Positions 60,648 through 64,000 of a stretch of DNA of 64,000 bases are shown here, one piece after another. The notes under the pieces were generated by a model. That model had not been told where the DNA came from. It saw only the letters and a program-made list of their open reading frames with translations, and did no database searches. Both the position numbers and the translations under genes were made by a program. The stretch covers positions 1 through 64,000 of the forward strand of contig JAVECL010000042.1 of the NCBI GenBank assembly GCA_051942245.1, given 5' to 3'. Positions within the stretch are counted from its first letter, which is position 1; each line of letters starts with the position of its first letter. The DNA comes from Trypethelium eluteriae. Lineage: Eukaryota.

Positions 60648-63600
60648 ATGGATCGAGCCGACTCCACCCAAAGTTCGGACAGAGAAAATGTAAGTACGAT
60701 CACATGCTCTGATGTGTTCGGCGGAACCAAGTTCCTGCTGCCAACATTCAAGACTATATGGACAAGTAATCTTTAATTAGTTGAAGTTTGGACTAAGGAG
60801 GTGATTTGTAGGACACTTTCGAAGACGCTCACGACACTACCTCAACTTCGACCTCTCGTGCCCAGTCACCTGCATCAAGATCCCTGATAAGTGGACGGCG
60901 AGGGTCGTCATCTTCAACAACAAGACACAGCCGTGAGCCTTCCCGATTAAGACTGTCCTTGAATGGAGACTCTGTCGAGGACACGGAAGACCAGTACACA
61001 AATGGGGATAGATCACTTGAAGAATCAGTAAAAGATATGGATGAGACTCCTGCAGATCTGAAAACTGAGGGACAAATTGCGGGTTCTCCACCTCTTACAG
61101 CAAAAAGCTTTTCAATGGAATCAATGCAAAGTGTGCCCCTGAATAGCGGCAAGTCGACGGCAGGCACAGGTGGGTGACTACCGTTTCTGTACATCCGAAT
61201 GCAGGAGCCAACTGGCTTGGCAACGCAAACACAGTTGACCGTTCTGGAGTCTGGCCTTGAGCCATGGCTTGGGCTCCAGTCACACAACAGCATGGACCTT
61301 TCCTGTCAACGAGTCTCGTTCCCATCATTTTCGCCTCCCAATTGCTAATAAATACATTTCTTGAGTACAGATAAAGGTGCTGGGTGGCCTCTGTCATCCC
61401 CTTCCACATCGTCTCCAAATAATCCTGCAAAAGAACCCCCTAAGCTCCCGCCGCGAGAGCCCTCCAGCTCTAGAATACAAGGGCTTTCGCAAAAGTTCGA
61501 GAATTCATATCCGCCGCCTCCCTCAGCCCCCTTAAAGCCGCAGCCTAGCCCCTCACAACCTGCAGCGCCATCGCGGAAATTCACGACGCCCTTTGCCTGG
61601 TTCTCAAGAAACAGTGATACGGGCGACAAAAGAACAGCATCTCCTCCATTACCATCAGAGAAGAACCACGAGCGTCGCGGGACTACATCATCTGTGGCAA
61701 CAATGGGGAGTAATCCAGAAGTGACTGTCAGCAAGGGTGAAAACGGACAAGAGGGAACTGGTGGGCAAAATCGAGCGAATCGTACAAGTCTTAAGGACAG
61801 ATTCAAACTTCTTCGGATGCAGGAAGAGGCAGGAATTGACACATTCAACGAAGATGGATCTCCCAAGAATATCGAAAATGGTGAGATAACTGGAACAAGA
61901 CAACGATCGGGTAGCGTGGTCAATCCTGGTCGCAGTCCCAAGATGACAAATGGCGAGAAAGACGGGGAAACAAGCGCACCATCCATGGCAAGAAATGCGT
62001 CTTCACCAGGACGATTACCCAGGCGAGGGACAATCAATTCAAGTTTACTACCAGGCACCGCTGCTGGCATAGCTGAAGGACCCGCAGCAGAGGATGCCGA
62101 ACCAGTGGACTGGGACTTATGGCAATCGGTTGTCTACGAAGGACCCGCAGCCGTTGCTCGAACCAGTGCGGATGAGCTCAATCATGCGATAGCTAGTGGC
62201 ATCCCTCAAGCTATTAGAGGAGTCGTCTGGCAGGTCCTTGCACAAAGTAAAAACGATGATTTAGAAGATGTCTATCGCGAACTTTCATCGAGAACAGTAG
62301 ACAATAATCAAGTGGTGGTGAACGGAAGGAAAACTTCAAATCCGAGTGTGAATGGAACGAAAGAGAAGGACTCCCATACATCTTCAGCATCGTCAATTCG
62401 CTCTGGAAGCTCAACGCCCGCTACTAGCACAATGACCGGATCTCCTCCACCATCTAACGACAGTAACAACGCAGAGTCAGTCGCAAAGCTCCAAGCGTCG
62501 TTAGCAGCAGAGAATAGAAAGAAAACTAAGGATGATGCAGCAGCGCTAGTAAAACTCGAGAAGACCATTAAGCGCGACATGGGTGCAAGGACAAGCTTCT
62601 CAAAATATCTCATGAGTGCTGGCTTACAGGACGGCCTCTTCAATGTCTGCAAAGCCTATGCTTTGTTCGATGAGGGCGTTGGGTACGCACAGGGTATCAA
62701 TTTCATCTCAATGCCTCTGCTATTCAATGTTCGTAGTCCCGAAAGCTCTCTACAACCCTTCTAACCGCCTTGCAGATGCCCGAAGAAGAAGCCTTCTGTC
62801 TCCTCGTCCGCCTGATGAACAACTATCACCTTCGCGATCTATTTATACAAGATATGCCCGGCCTCCACCTCCATCTCTACCAGTTCGAGCGACTACTCGA
62901 AGATTTCGAACCTGCACTCTGCTGTCATCTTAATCGCCGAGGTGTTAAGCCTGAGTTGTACGCCACTCAATGGTTCCTCACACTGTTCGCCTACCGTTTC
63001 CCCCTTCAACTTGTCCTACGCGTCTACGATCTTATCCTTAGCGACGGTCTCGAAGGTGCTATCCTCAAATTTGGCATCGTGCTCATGCAAAAGAACACTT
63101 CCACTCTGATGCAAATGAAGGAGATGTCCACCTTGACCACCTTTCTCAAAGAGCGCATATTCGATGTCTATATCGACAAGGCTCCCTCAGCAAACTCACT
63201 TTTGGAATCCGGCTTCTTTGGTAGTGCAGGCGGTATCGACAAGGAAGTATATCGCGCCAACGAACTAGTTCAAGATGCCTGCTCCGTAAATATCACCACG
63301 GAAATGCTCAAACAGTATGCAGCAGAGTGGGAAGAATTGCAACGGGCAGCTCGCGAACGCGAAGCCGAACTAGAAGGTTTGCGAGGCTCCAATGCTTCGT
63401 TATCGCTCAAAGTCCGCGGTCTGGAAGAGCGCGTCGAGAAAAACGATACAGAGCACGTACAGATTGCATCTGATCTAGTGCGGACAAAGGTGGATAATGA
63501 GCAGTTGGCAGACGACAACGAGAGCTTGAGGGGCCAGGTGGAGGAGTTGAGGAAGCTGGTAGAGAAGCAGCCAGAGGAAGTGGAGGAACGATTGAAGAGC

Positions 63601-63874
63601 GAAATGGAGAGAATTATGGCTCGCAATATGGAGGTGCAGAATGAGAATCGAGCATTGGAGGAGCAGATGGCGGAGATGGAAAAGGATTTGGTGGAGACGA
63701 AGATGGGGTACGCTCAGGTGAGTAAAGTCCTCCATCTTTCCCGTCCTATACAATCAAGTCTTGACTAACAAGAATCCTTCTTTTCAGCTGAATGCAGAGT
63801 TTGAAGATATGAAGCAGAGGTGGTCAAGTTTACAGAGCATGCTGAACAACCCTGCCAAGAAATCACCTACATAA
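60648..63874 (+). CDS. TBC-domain Rab GTPase-activating protein, Gyp5-like, multi-exon
   Basis: GIPQAIRGVVW, IKRD, GYAQG, EEEAF, YATQWFLTLF and a C-terminal coiled coil. Confidence 0.9.
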
Positions 63875-64000
63875 ACATGCCCCTTCCCACTCTAGCAAAC
63901 CCGTCCTTCCTATTACCTGGCCAGCTACAACCATCGAGAAGCTCAACGGCTTGTATACCTCACGCACTACGTCCTCGCACTGTTCTTTGCAATGCTGCAT

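Overview
Intron-containing DNA from a filamentous ascomycete (short GT-AG introns with CTRAC branch sites, fused tryptophan synthase). About 1-32.4 kb is accessory: a DUF6590-like protein, a large non-RD protein kinase, a HeLo-pseudokinase, a HET-domain gene, a small secreted protein, an NmrA/MFS pair, a MITE, a LINE remnant and decayed ORFs. About 32.5-64 kb is mostly conserved housekeeping genes (nagA, Mug190-like C2 protein, GST, two zinc dehydrogenases, MARVEL-like protein, RFC5, tryptophan synthase, TBC Rab-GAP), interrupted at 39.1-45.4 kb by a second accessory cassette. The main observation is that one two-gene design occurs twice with divergent sequences. In each case a catalytically intact non-RD Ser/Thr kinase with C-terminal ankyrin repeats lies head-to-head with a HeLo(-like) domain fused to a dead kinase fold (HKG/HES for HRD; GFE/GFD for DFG). 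This parallels animal RIPK3-MLKL necroptosis and is proposed, by inference only, as a fungal phosphorylation-gated cell-death/immunity module. Gene models were built by eye; no database searches were run.
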